Source: an uncultured Dyadobacter sp. (lineage in GTDB: Bacteria; Bacteroidota; Bacteroidia; Cytophagales; Spirosomataceae). Taken from it: 45,695 nucleotides of DNA. The position numbers and the translations under genes were made by a program. The DNA is taken from positions 1 to 45,695 of the forward strand of contig CALGRQ010000266.1 in the NCBI GenBank assembly GCA_937880795.1. Direction: 5' to 3'. Below the pieces are notes generated by a model that did not search any database, was not told where the DNA came from, and saw nothing but the letters and a program-made list of their open reading frames with translations. Positions 20,301-28,455 of this stretch are shown in pieces. Each line of letters opens with the position of its first letter. The first letter of the stretch is position 1.

Positions 20301-21966
20301 TTCCTATACCTCTACCAATCCGGATCTTGAAGGACTTACTTTCCATGGGTCCGAAGCCATTTACGATGTGGGCAAGGTAACGCTCAACGTAAAAGGGGTA
20401 CCCTATATACAAACCGCTGATGTTAAAATTATTCCGGACGGAGGACTCATCAGTATAGATTCCAAAGGAAAAATCAATCCTCTGAAAAAAGCCCGAATCG
20501 AAATTGACACGCTCAATACATCACACCGTCTTCGGGATGCTGATATAAAGATCAACTCTCGCAATCACTTTGAAGGTTCAGCCACATACCAGTACATCAC
20601 GGCACGGAAAGATACCTTCAATATAAAAATGCAAAATTTTGAGTTGCACGAAATGGGGGCAGCACCAGAAGGAAAACAACGTAAAAATACAGAAGCACAA
20701 AATGCCGTTGTAAAATATTACACCACAGCCCGGGCAGATATTAAAGAAGCCGATAACCTGATTTTATCACCCCGTATCCAGTATAAAGGCGGAATTAATT
20801 TAACAGCTTACGAACCCTCTTTAAAACTGGAAGGATTTGTAAAGCCGGTTTTGAAGTTCCGCAAAGACTTCCAAAGTTCCTGGATTGTGTACAATGAAGC
20901 ACCCGGCGAGAATATTTCGATCAAGATCAACAAGGATCTAAAAAATGAGCACGAACTTCCACTCTCTGTCGGTTTGCATTTCAATGAAGCCCGAGGAATG
21001 TACATGTCCTTCCTGTCTCCCAAGGATTCCGACGGCGATGAAGATATATACCTTGCGCAAGGAGCCTTAAATTACGACGAAGACAGTAAGGCCTTTAAAG
21101 TGACTCCACCAGCTGGCGCTGATGGACTGATCGATGAATCGAATGTATTGAAATTTGATGATAAAACGGGCTTGGCCGAGTTTTCAGGACCTCTGAAGTT
21201 AACCAATGCAGATTGGATGCAAGCTTCGGGTATTGTGGAAGCACAGGTAGACAGCTCACGTTTCAGCTTCAACACCTTGCTTTTGTTAAAAATGACTGCG
21301 CTGGATCCTATTTTGCAACCACTTGCAGCTAAGATCGTGGAAGTTAACCTGGAAGAACAGAATAGTACAGCAGCTGATGATGATGCCGATCAACTCAACA
21401 GAAAACTGGCAGCCTTAATTGGCGCCAAACAGACTGATGCCTATATAAAACTTTCCGCAGCGGGTTATAAGCCATTGTTTGACGCTTCTCCTATTTTGGA
21501 TGTTCCAATGGTATTGTCTAATATCAATCTTAATTGGTCTCCGGTGCATGCAGCCTACTACTCAAAAGGTCCTATTGGTGTTTCCAATTTTGGGAAGAAC
21601 AACATCAACGCCCAAATGGAAGGGGTAATGGAAATCCGCAGAACAGCAGATGGCGATGAGTTTAGTTTGTTCTTACAGGCCTCACCCGATATTTGGTACT
21701 ACTTTGACTACCGTCAAAATGAACTGGGCGTAGTATCTTCTCAATTAGATTTCAACGATCAGCTCACCGCCAAATCCAAAAATACAAAGTCTAAAATGGG
21801 ACTGGTTTCGCTGGGAATGGAAGAAAAAGATATGTTTGTCAATCGCTTTGATGATTTTTATCAACCGGCTGTAAAAAAAGCTAAACAGATGAAAACTACG
21901 GTAAAAAAGAAAGTGACCCCGGCTGCCGAGAAGAAAAAGAAAGAAGAGCAGGCAGAAGGCTTCTAA
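17305..21966 (+). CDS. Large exported hypothetical protein (1553 aa), beta-rich
   Basis: Long uninterrupted ORF with Sec signal peptide (VIG-Q), mostly short beta-strand-like segments and a Lys-rich C-terminal tail. No family recognised. Confidence 0.85.
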   Translation: MKISRYFLLFCISIAATTAVIGQNLKLSEEPGQFMPQFRKMMDGSRNAQYMRTAAQLDSIWLTSLGSSQQSKFISIVRTQVAKGQKAGPVMFLLARNTHTLAKQSPENLESLQAGAQYDGKAFQKTLETVRTITETGKLYAANYNSLYLLGGTYRYRFDTTNAVIANKEAAIASANDSWDTPIDTNFVIKPQSTPLPVVSGAVLELQNAVFGMVAAGDSVVIGPSSGALALQDGIFVGKSGKMNWSAAGDSSIYVDLDTYSFNITQPKILAENVTLHDERQLANPIKGTVEYRGTKKVKGQPAPYPRFVSNGIDARFKASRKNIDYKGGYALIGTSMYSTSLSDQPSTVTVSYQEKPAFKVLSKKFNLKDSVISAPFATFSMPLGTDSLYHPGVTFTYNDEEGLVKLGRMEKTDYEPLPYQDSYHKMNIWAQSMRWKFPDNKVEFLRIDGKQVVPVKLESFDYFKKERFKGISQEFGFQPMLLAANYTQTQKKTSFLAEELAKHFKQNPKILRRSLERLALDGYFIYNQPTDEFALSKKGVLYILANLDKADYDNFQVVSQFTSNSETANVTITLGDTLMTVLGVSRFVVSDSLKIYGVPSDRKLVIGRNRNFGMNGQLVASNYQFRGQNLKFDYKQFFVNVSPNDSITFTPKEKFAKGQKGEVGGHVKYEKGGTFYLSDPSNKSGIQKGKKSPRLVVPDGMMVYFDQPEREPVIYPREVYFKIPKIDMDGLDNRDVIFDGTFYANGIIPDIKTILKSMPDNSLGFEYKPPVTDMKLYGGKALAKFTDTLVMDNSGLHSKAILKYLSASMTTKEILLASDSLMASGEVASIKEANIGKGYFPAVELKDYTLKWYPNADSMFINTQGKSFSFHNKTTNLEGGLLLRSSGLYGNGKLKRADSEISSEDIKFNKEGFLANKSIFSINSSEDKAAKKLLTGNNVNIDFNFKTGIANFLTDETGFGSDSSGMQIPTASYQTLIGSAKWDMNKKTIVMKGFGETSSYTSTNPDLEGLTFHGSEAIYDVGKVTLNVKGVPYIQTADVKIIPDGGLISIDSKGKINPLKKARIEIDTLNTSHRLRDADIKINSRNHFEGSATYQYITARKDTFNIKMQNFELHEMGAAPEGKQRKNTEAQNAVVKYYTTARADIKEADNLILSPRIQYKGGINLTAYEPSLKLEGFVKPVLKFRKDFQSSWIVYNEAPGENISIKINKDLKNEHELPLSVGLHFNEARGMYMSFLSPKDSDGDEDIYLAQGALNYDEDSKAFKVTPPAGADGLIDESNVLKFDDKTGLAEFSGPLKLTNADWMQASGIVEAQVDSSRFSFNTLLLLKMTALDPILQPLAAKIVEVNLEEQNSTAADDDADQLNRKLAALIGAKQTDAYIKLSAAGYKPLFDASPILDVPMVLSNINLNWSPVHAAYYSKGPIGVSNFGKNNINAQMEGVMEIRRTADGDEFSLFLQASPDIWYYFDYRQNELGVVSSQLDFNDQLTAKSKNTKSKMGLVSLGMEEKDMFVNRFDDFYQPAVKKAKQMKTTVKKKVTPAAEKKKKEEQAEGF

Positions 21967-22055
21967 TATGTCGCATTGAGATATTACTTGAATGCTGCTT
22001 ACATAAGTGTTAATTTTACATTTCCTTAGTTCTTGCAAAAGAACGTATACTATTG

Positions 22056-22063
22056 TACATTTG
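22056..22063 (+). promoter_or_regulatory. Sigma70 -7 box upstream of plsY
   Basis: TACATTTG matches TAnnTTTG, 44 nt before the ATG. Confidence 0.5.
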
Positions 22064-22107
22064 ATACGAACACACCGTAATTCAAAATAATAAAGGAATA
22101 ATACAAA

Positions 22108-22761
22108 ATGAGTGTTGCATTAATAATAATTACAATTTTAGCCGCTTACCTCTTAGGCTCAATTCCAAGCTCTGTTTGGTATGGAATCGGCTATTTTGGA
22201 ATTGACGTCCGTAAGCATGGCAGCGGTAATGCAGGAGCTACCAATACATTTCGTATTTTGGGCAAGCGAGCAGGTACGGTAGTAATGCTTATAGATGTCC
22301 TAAAAGGTTGGACTGCAACCTCTATTGCATCGATGTTATTCTATATGGGTATGATCGGAGAAACCGAATTACTCATGTACAAAATTATTTTCGGGATTGT
22401 TGCCATCATTGGCCACATTTTCCCGGTATTCGTTCGCTTTAAAGGAGGTAAGGGAATCGCCACGCTGCTAGGAATGGTATTGGCTATACATCCCGAACTT
22501 GCATTGCTCTGTATAACCATTTTTATTCTCACACTCATCGCTTCTCAGTATGTTTCGCTGAGTTCCATGTTGGCAACGCTGGCTTTTCCGGTGCTGTCAT
22601 GGGTAGGGCTTTTAGGCCATCCCGAACCTTTGCTGATCGTTTTTGGATTTGTGATGTTTGTGTTGGTAGTCATCACTCATAAAAAGAATATTGTAAGGCT
22701 CGTGAATGGAAATGAGAGCCGTGTCAATATCTTCGGTAAATCAAAGACTCCCAAAGCCTGA
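22108..22761 (+). CDS. plsY: Glycerol-3-phosphate 1-O-acyltransferase
   Basis: YLLGSIP, GSGNAGATN, DVLKG, GHIFP, FKGGKGIAT and HKKNI motifs. Confidence 0.97.
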   Translation: MSVALIIITILAAYLLGSIPSSVWYGIGYFGIDVRKHGSGNAGATNTFRILGKRAGTVVMLIDVLKGWTATSIASMLFYMGMIGETELLMYKIIFGIVAIIGHIFPVFVRFKGGKGIATLLGMVLAIHPELALLCITIFILTLIASQYVSLSSMLATLAFPVLSWVGLLGHPEPLLIVFGFVMFVLVVITHKKNIVRLVNGNESRVNIFGKSKTPKA

Positions 22762-22785
22762 TCAAAATATTTTTAAGAAATACCT

Positions 22786-22820
22786 ACCCCTAAGGTCCCA
22801 ACCTTAGGGGTTATTTTTTT
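22786..22820 (+). terminator. Intrinsic terminator after plsY
   Basis: ACCCCTAAGGT-CCCA-ACCTTAGGGGT followed by TATTTTTTT. Confidence 0.8.
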
Positions 22821-22882
22821 AACTTGACCGCTCATTTCAACAAGGTAACGCCTTCGTTGCTAACCATTACTAAAGCCAAATT

Positions 22883-24247
22883 ATGAATCAATATATTGAT
22901 AAAAACAAAGACAAGTTCCTCAACGAATTGCTGGATTTGCTTCGGATTCCATCCGTAAGTGCAGACTCGAAATTTAAGCCGGATATGATTAAAGCCGCCG
23001 AATTTGTACGTGATCGTATGAAAGACGCAGGTGCTGATCGGGTTGAAATTTTTGAAACACCAGGCCATCCCGTGGTGTATGGAGAAAAAATCGTTGACCC
23101 TTCGCTACCTACCGTTTTGGTATATGGTCACTACGATGTGCAACCGGCTGATCCGTACGAATTGTGGAACTCCCCTCCTTTTGAGCCAATCATCAAAAAT
23201 GACCGGATATATGCACGAGGAGCCTGCGATGACAAAGGCCAATTCTATATGCATATTAAAGCGCTGGAAACCATGCTAGCTACCCATTCGCTCACCTGCA
23301 ACATCAAAATGATGATAGAAGGTGAGGAAGAAATTGGCTCATCACATCTCGAAACATTTGTAAAGGAACATAAGGAATTACTGAAGTGTGATACCATATT
23401 AATTTCCGATACAAGCATTATTGCCAATGATGTCCCTTCCATAGAAACTGGCTTACGGGGTCTTACTTATATGGAAGTAGAAGTAGTGGGAGCCAATCGT
23501 GACCTGCACTCTGGTGTATATGGCGGTGGTGTAGCAAATCCCATTAACGTTTTGTGTGAAATGATTGCTTCGCTGAAAGACGAGAAAGGACATATCACCA
23601 TACCAGGCTTTTACGACAACGTACAAAACTTAACTCCGGAAGAAAGAGAAGCGCTTAACTCGGCTCCATTCGACTTAGATGAATATAAGGCTGATCTGCA
23701 AATTGCTGATGTAGCCGGCGAAGAAGGTTACACCACCATAGAGCGTACTTCCATAAGACCAACTCTGGATGTAAATGGTATTTGGGGAGGCTATATTGGT
23801 GAAGGAGCCAAAACCGTTTTACCATCAAAAGCCAATGCCAAAATTTCTATGCGTTTGGTTCCAAACCAGACCGATCAAGAAATATGCGCTTTGTTTACAA
23901 AACATTTCGAATCCATAGCACCTCCATCCGTAAAAGTTACTGTAACTCCTCATCATGGAGGACTACCCTACGTGACTCCAACCGACTCCGTAGAGTATGA
24001 AGCTGCATCACTGGCCATGGAAGAATCATTCGGTAAGAAACCGATACCTACCCGTGGAGGTGGCAGTATTCCTATTGTTGCATTGTTTGAACAAGAATTG
24101 GGCCGTAAGAGTATTCTGATGGGATTTGGGCTTGATATAGATGCTTTGCATTCTCCGAACGAAAGCTACGGCCTCTTTAATTACTACAAAGGAATTGAAA
24201 CCATTCCGTTGTTCTTTAAACATTACGCTCGGTTAAAGAGTATGTAA
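22883..24247 (+). CDS. M20 family dipeptidase (Dug1/CNDP-like)
   Basis: YGHYDVQP, ARGACDDKGQ, EGEEEIGS, DLHSG and HSPNE motifs. Confidence 0.93.
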   Translation: MNQYIDKNKDKFLNELLDLLRIPSVSADSKFKPDMIKAAEFVRDRMKDAGADRVEIFETPGHPVVYGEKIVDPSLPTVLVYGHYDVQPADPYELWNSPPFEPIIKNDRIYARGACDDKGQFYMHIKALETMLATHSLTCNIKMMIEGEEEIGSSHLETFVKEHKELLKCDTILISDTSIIANDVPSIETGLRGLTYMEVEVVGANRDLHSGVYGGGVANPINVLCEMIASLKDEKGHITIPGFYDNVQNLTPEEREALNSAPFDLDEYKADLQIADVAGEEGYTTIERTSIRPTLDVNGIWGGYIGEGAKTVLPSKANAKISMRLVPNQTDQEICALFTKHFESIAPPSVKVTVTPHHGGLPYVTPTDSVEYEAASLAMEESFGKKPIPTRGGGSIPIVALFEQELGRKSILMGFGLDIDALHSPNESYGLFNYYKGIETIPLFFKHYARLKSM

Positions 24248-24256
24248 TTTTTAAAG

Positions 24257-24308
24257 TAGTGAACAGTTCACAGCAAAAACCAGTGATGGTATAGTGAACT
24301 GTTCACTA
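24257..24308. repeat. 15-bp inverted repeat made of two self-palindromic arms, between convergent genes
   Basis: TAGTGAACAGTTCAC (24257-24271) and GTGAACTGTTCACTA (24294-24308). Confidence 0.8.
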
Positions 24309-24313
24309 AAATT

Positions 24314-25537
24314 TTAACGCTTTCTCCTTTCTGCCCGTTTCAGCTTTTTCAGGTTTTCGATGGCTGTTTTGGCTTCCTTATTTTGACTGGACTTCTTGTC
24401 AGCGCGGTCATCCGCCAACTTATAATAACGTAGCGCCTCGTCATAATTCTTCTTCATTTCGGCAATTTTACCAAGCCCTATGAGGGAAGAGACATAATAA
24501 CCTGCGTTCAACGACTTCGTTTGCACCGAAAAGTCGATCGCTTGCTGATAATATTTCGCAGCCAATTCATAATTACGATGATATTGCATATTGTAATACG
24601 CTAAAACATAAGCTGCGTTACGCCCACTTACACCCTCATAACCAGGCATATATTGAGATATTTTCGACAGTATACTTTGTGCAACTTTCTCAGCCTCCTG
24701 CGCCTTCCCGGTAGCAAAAGCTGTCCTACAAAAATACCTTTCGAAATAGGGATTGTTCGGATATGTTTGCCACATGTATTTAGCCAGTTCATACGCTTTA
24801 CCGTATTCGTTTTCCATGCTGTATATCTGCAATAAAAAGTACCTTGCTTCTACCCGCGTATAAAATGCGTTGTTCCCCACTTTTTCAAGTTGCTGTTGTC
24901 CAAGCTTCTTATTCCCTTTTGGAAACAGAGCTAATACTGGTTTTAGAATGGGATACTCCTTCGGGACCCACTCCGCATAGTAATTGTATAGCCCGTCACC
25001 AAATAATAACTCAGGCGAAAGATCTCCGTTACCTTTACATACTTCAAAATATTTAAGTGACTTTTTGCCTGCAAAAGCGGCCTTCGTCCAACTTTCACGT
25101 TCCGCAAATAAGCGACCTTTAAAGGCATAGGCGGCCGCCAGAAAAAAAGCAGGCTCTATCTTGTTCTTCTCATCCTCATACAGTTTTTCAGCCAATGTAA
25201 TGGTAGAGTCCATTTGCGCCAAAAAAGCTTTGTCATAAGACTCATTCTCGGTGTTCGGTACAATTTTCCACCACTCCGCCAAGCCCATCAAAAAATGAGG
25301 CATGGGGTGTTTTGGATACCTATATTTCAACCAACGAAACTCTGTGTCGGCATCATCAAACTTATAGTTATAAAGGAGATTAATAGCTTCGGTCGACTCT
25401 ATCTGCACGCCCGGGTTTTTGAGAAGCATATCATAATTCTTGTCCAGATCCGACGAAGAATATAACTGAGCAAATGCTGGTGCCGCAGAAAGAAGAACTG
25501 CAATCCAAACAGAAAATATATTATGTATTGGTTTCAT
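24314..25537 (-). CDS. Exported tetratricopeptide-repeat protein
   Basis: Signal peptide (AFA-Q) and helical repeats with A/Y periodicity (AAKYYQQA, LGKIAE...YDEALRYY). Confidence 0.8.
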   Translation of the reverse strand: MKPIHNIFSVWIAVLLSAAPAFAQLYSSSDLDKNYDMLLKNPGVQIESTEAINLLYNYKFDDADTEFRWLKYRYPKHPMPHFLMGLAEWWKIVPNTENESYDKAFLAQMDSTITLAEKLYEDEKNKIEPAFFLAAAYAFKGRLFAERESWTKAAFAGKKSLKYFEVCKGNGDLSPELLFGDGLYNYYAEWVPKEYPILKPVLALFPKGNKKLGQQQLEKVGNNAFYTRVEARYFLLQIYSMENEYGKAYELAKYMWQTYPNNPYFERYFCRTAFATGKAQEAEKVAQSILSKISQYMPGYEGVSGRNAAYVLAYYNMQYHRNYELAAKYYQQAIDFSVQTKSLNAGYYVSSLIGLGKIAEMKKNYDEALRYYKLADDRADKKSSQNKEAKTAIENLKKLKRAERRKR

Positions 25538-25682
25538 ATCAAGGGTAATCTGTTCCTATTAACGCCCGATTACTTTTTTACGTTTGCGGAACAAAGGGTT
25601 TTTAAAATAAAGCGTTAATATTGACAAATTGAATCAGTATTTGCCAATACCAGCGTATACATTTTCTGACAAGATCCTATTT

Positions 25683-26210
25683 ATGATTACCATATTAGAC
25701 AAAACATTTGTCCCCTTTATAGACCGTGCCAAAATTGAAGAACGGATCGGAGAGCTAGCATCTCAAATCAGTACGGATTACAAAGATCGCTGTCCCGTAT
25801 TTATTGTGGTACTGAATGGCGCTTTTTTATTTGCAACCGAATTGGTTAAGAAGGTTCCTCTATCGTGTGAAATCACTTTTGTAAAACTCTCTTCGTATAC
25901 ACAAACCCAATCTACGGGACGTGTACGTGAAATTATCGGACTGGAAGAGACAATATCAGGACGCGACGTCATCATCATAGAGGATATCGTAGATACAGGA
26001 CTCACCATGAATCAGCTGTTGGAGCAAATCGCCAAATTAAACCCAGCTTCTGTCGAAATCGCTACCCTATTACACAAACCCGACGCCCTGCTCAAACCAA
26101 TTGACATGCGCTATATCGGCTTTGAAATAGCCAACCGTTTTGTTGTAGGTTACGGTCTCGACTACGACGGCCTGGGCAGAAACCTGGATGCTCTATATGT
26201 CATTTCCTGA
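25683..26210 (+). CDS. hpt: Hypoxanthine phosphoribosyltransferase
   Basis: VLNGAFLF, SSY, IIEDIVDTGLT and FVVGYGLDY motifs. Likely start ATG 25683. Confidence 0.96.
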   Translation: MITILDKTFVPFIDRAKIEERIGELASQISTDYKDRCPVFIVVLNGAFLFATELVKKVPLSCEITFVKLSSYTQTQSTGRVREIIGLEETISGRDVIIIEDIVDTGLTMNQLLEQIAKLNPASVEIATLLHKPDALLKPIDMRYIGFEIANRFVVGYGLDYDGLGRNLDALYVIS

Positions 26211-26243
26211 TTATTACCTTTACCTAATTAAAAGCCACCAAAC

Positions 26244-27644
26244 ATGCACATACAATTTTTCGGAGCAGCACGAACTGTAACCGGCAGCAAGCACCTGATC
26301 ACGACAGAAAAAGGAACTAAAATATTGTTGGATTGCGGTTTATTTCAAGGAATTCAAACGGATGAGTTCAACCAAAACTTTGGTTTCAAACCATCCGAAG
26401 TTGATTATCTGATTTTATCGCATGCCCATATCGATCATTCGGGATTAATACCACGATTGGTACGCCAGGGCTTTACAGGACCCATATTCTGCACTTCAGC
26501 AACCGCCGATTTATGTAAGATTATGCTCATGGACAGCGCACACATTCAGGAAAAGGATTTGGAACGAATCAATGAAAGAAGAAAACGCCAAGGCAGGCCT
26601 TTGTTGGAAGAGTTATACAATGCTGAAGATGCACAACGGGCGCTCTCGATGTTTAAACACGTTCGTTATGGACAAACTTTCCATATGGGTCCCGAGAATG
26701 AAGTATCTGCGGTACTAACCGATGCTGCTCACCTGTTGGGAAGTGCTGCGGTTCATTTAAACATTCCGGACAAAGGAACTTTCAAACAAGTTACTTTTAC
26801 AGGTGATATTGGGCGTCCGGAAGATCGGATTCTTCGTCGTCCCGATGTCTTTCCACAGGCTGATGTAATCATTTGCGAATCGACCTATGGTGATCGCCTT
26901 CATGAGAAGGAAATAGATATGCAGGGTCATTTACTCAAAATTGTACATGAAACCTGTGTTCAAAACCGGGGCAAGCTCATCATTCCCGCCTTTGCGGTTG
27001 ACCGTACACAGGAACTGATCTATGCCCTTGACCAACTGTCCAGCGCGGGTAAATTGCCCCAAATACCCGTATATATAGACAGTCCATTGGCGATTAACGC
27101 TACCCGAATCATGAAAGAGCATGATGAGTGCTTCAACCCTGATATATTGGATTACATAGAGAAAGATGGTGATGCGTTTGCCTTCCCGTATCTTCATTAT
27201 GTATCGGACGTTAACGAGTCCAAAGCAATAAACGACCGTAAAGAACCTTGTATCATCATTTCAAGCTCAGGAATGGCCGAAGCCGGCAGAATCAAACATC
27301 ACATTAAAAACAATATAGGTGATGTTAATTCCACTATATTACTAGTAGGATACGCTTCTGCCAATACCCTTGCAGGCGCTTTAAAACGTGGAGACAAGCA
27401 AGTGAATATATTTGGGGAAACTCATGATGTAAAGTGCGGTGTGGCAACCATGGATTCCTTTTCCGGCCATGGTGATTACAACGAAATGATAGACTTTCTT
27501 TCCTGTCAGATACCCGAGCGTGTTCAGAAGGTTTTTCTGGTACATGGCGAATATGAAACACAAGTAGCATTCAAGTTAAAATTGCAGGCAGCTGGATATA
27601 AAGACATACACATTCCGACATTATACGAGAATGTAGAAATATAG
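26244..27644 (+). CDS. MBL-fold beta-CASP ribonuclease family protein
   Basis: GAARTVTGS, DCG, SHAHIDH, HLLGS, FTGD, ESTYG, FSGH and VHGE motifs. Confidence 0.92.
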   Translation: MHIQFFGAARTVTGSKHLITTEKGTKILLDCGLFQGIQTDEFNQNFGFKPSEVDYLILSHAHIDHSGLIPRLVRQGFTGPIFCTSATADLCKIMLMDSAHIQEKDLERINERRKRQGRPLLEELYNAEDAQRALSMFKHVRYGQTFHMGPENEVSAVLTDAAHLLGSAAVHLNIPDKGTFKQVTFTGDIGRPEDRILRRPDVFPQADVIICESTYGDRLHEKEIDMQGHLLKIVHETCVQNRGKLIIPAFAVDRTQELIYALDQLSSAGKLPQIPVYIDSPLAINATRIMKEHDECFNPDILDYIEKDGDAFAFPYLHYVSDVNESKAINDRKEPCIIISSSGMAEAGRIKHHIKNNIGDVNSTILLVGYASANTLAGALKRGDKQVNIFGETHDVKCGVATMDSFSGHGDYNEMIDFLSCQIPERVQKVFLVHGEYETQVAFKLKLQAAGYKDIHIPTLYENVEI

Positions 27645-27664
27645 CGTATTTTTCAAAAACCGTA

Positions 27665-27695
27665 TTTGGAAACCTCCTAAGACTTACTACTTTTG
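27665..27695 (+). promoter_or_regulatory. Sigma70 promoter of tRNA-Leu
   Basis: TTTG (27665-27668), 19-nt spacer, then TACTTTTG (27688-27695). Fits the Bacteroidota -33/-7 consensus. Confidence 0.75.
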
Positions 27696-27711
27696 CGCAC
27701 CCAATTTCAAT

Positions 27712-27795
27712 GCCGAAGTGGTGAAACTGGTAGACACGCACGTTTCAGAGGCGTGTGGGGGTTGCCCCATGCGGGTTCGAGTCCCGCCTTCGGCA
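27712..27795 (+). tRNA. tRNA-Leu(CAG), CCA not encoded
   Basis: Acceptor GCCGAAG/CTTCGGC plus discriminator A, D-loop TGGTAGAC, anticodon arm CACGT-TTCAGAG-GCGTG, long variable arm GGGG-TTG-CCCC, T arm GCGGG-TTCGAGT-CCCGC. Confidence 0.95.
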
Positions 27796-27798
27796 CAA

Positions 27799-27827
27799 AA
27801 AGCCATTCCTGCCCTAGGAGTGGCTTT
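27799..27827 (+). terminator. Terminator after tRNA-Leu
   Basis: AAAGCCATTCCT-GCCCT-AGGAGTGGCTTT followed by a T-rich run. Confidence 0.75.
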
Positions 27828-28317
27828 ATTGTTTTTATCGCTCGCCTACATGCTCTTCTCCTTCAATTTCAATATTCATCTATCCCCAATTCAAGTAGCT
27901 ACTGTTTTACAAAACAAACACACATACTTCTACAAAAAGTATTATAAACTTACCCCACACTAGGTAGCAAAATTTCATATACAATTTATTCTATTAGAAT
28001 CAAATAAATTAAATCAAAACAAAGACATTATCTTACTTCAATTCAACCACATTCCATCCACGAAAACAACTGCTCTTCCGTATCATCATTTACAATTAAC
28101 TATAATTAAGTACATTAAAGAGAATTTACTCATACTTTACAGCCGCTAACAGAGCCCAATAATGTGAAGCAGCCACTGAATAGAACCATTATTTGACTAT
28201 ATACATTAAATTAATTCAATATGAATATTTTATATTTTTATTAAATTATAATAATAGATTATAGTATATACGTAAAATTTTGTCGATATTTTTTATCGAA
28301 TTCAATAATTCCGTTAC

Positions 28318-28325
28318 TACATTTG
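28318..28325 (+). promoter_or_regulatory. Sigma70 -7 box upstream of the T9SS cargo gene
   Basis: TACATTTG matches TAnnTTTG, within an AT-rich spacer where chance matches are more likely. Confidence 0.4.
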
Positions 28326-28455
28326 CATTGCTGTTATTTAGATAGTTAGAGAAATTAACCTACAAACTATCAATAACCATATTATACTTCCATCCATTTA
28401 ATTCTAAGAGAAATACTCTTCTCTGAACTAGTCTCATGGAAGTAATTTTCAAACA

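Noticed and set aside
26244-27644. beta-CASP nuclease as a possible defence system
   Set aside because: Ordinary stand-alone housekeeping-type member downstream of hpt, with no defence-associated partners.
27745-27747. TCA triplet suggesting a selenocysteine or opal-suppressor tRNA
   Set aside because: The stem register CACGT/GCGTG centres the 7-nt loop on CAG. The 7-bp acceptor stem, A73 and D-arm are Leu-type.
27693-27963. Two short ORFs (84 and 81 aa)
   Set aside because: They overlap the tRNA gene and its terminator and show no protein features.
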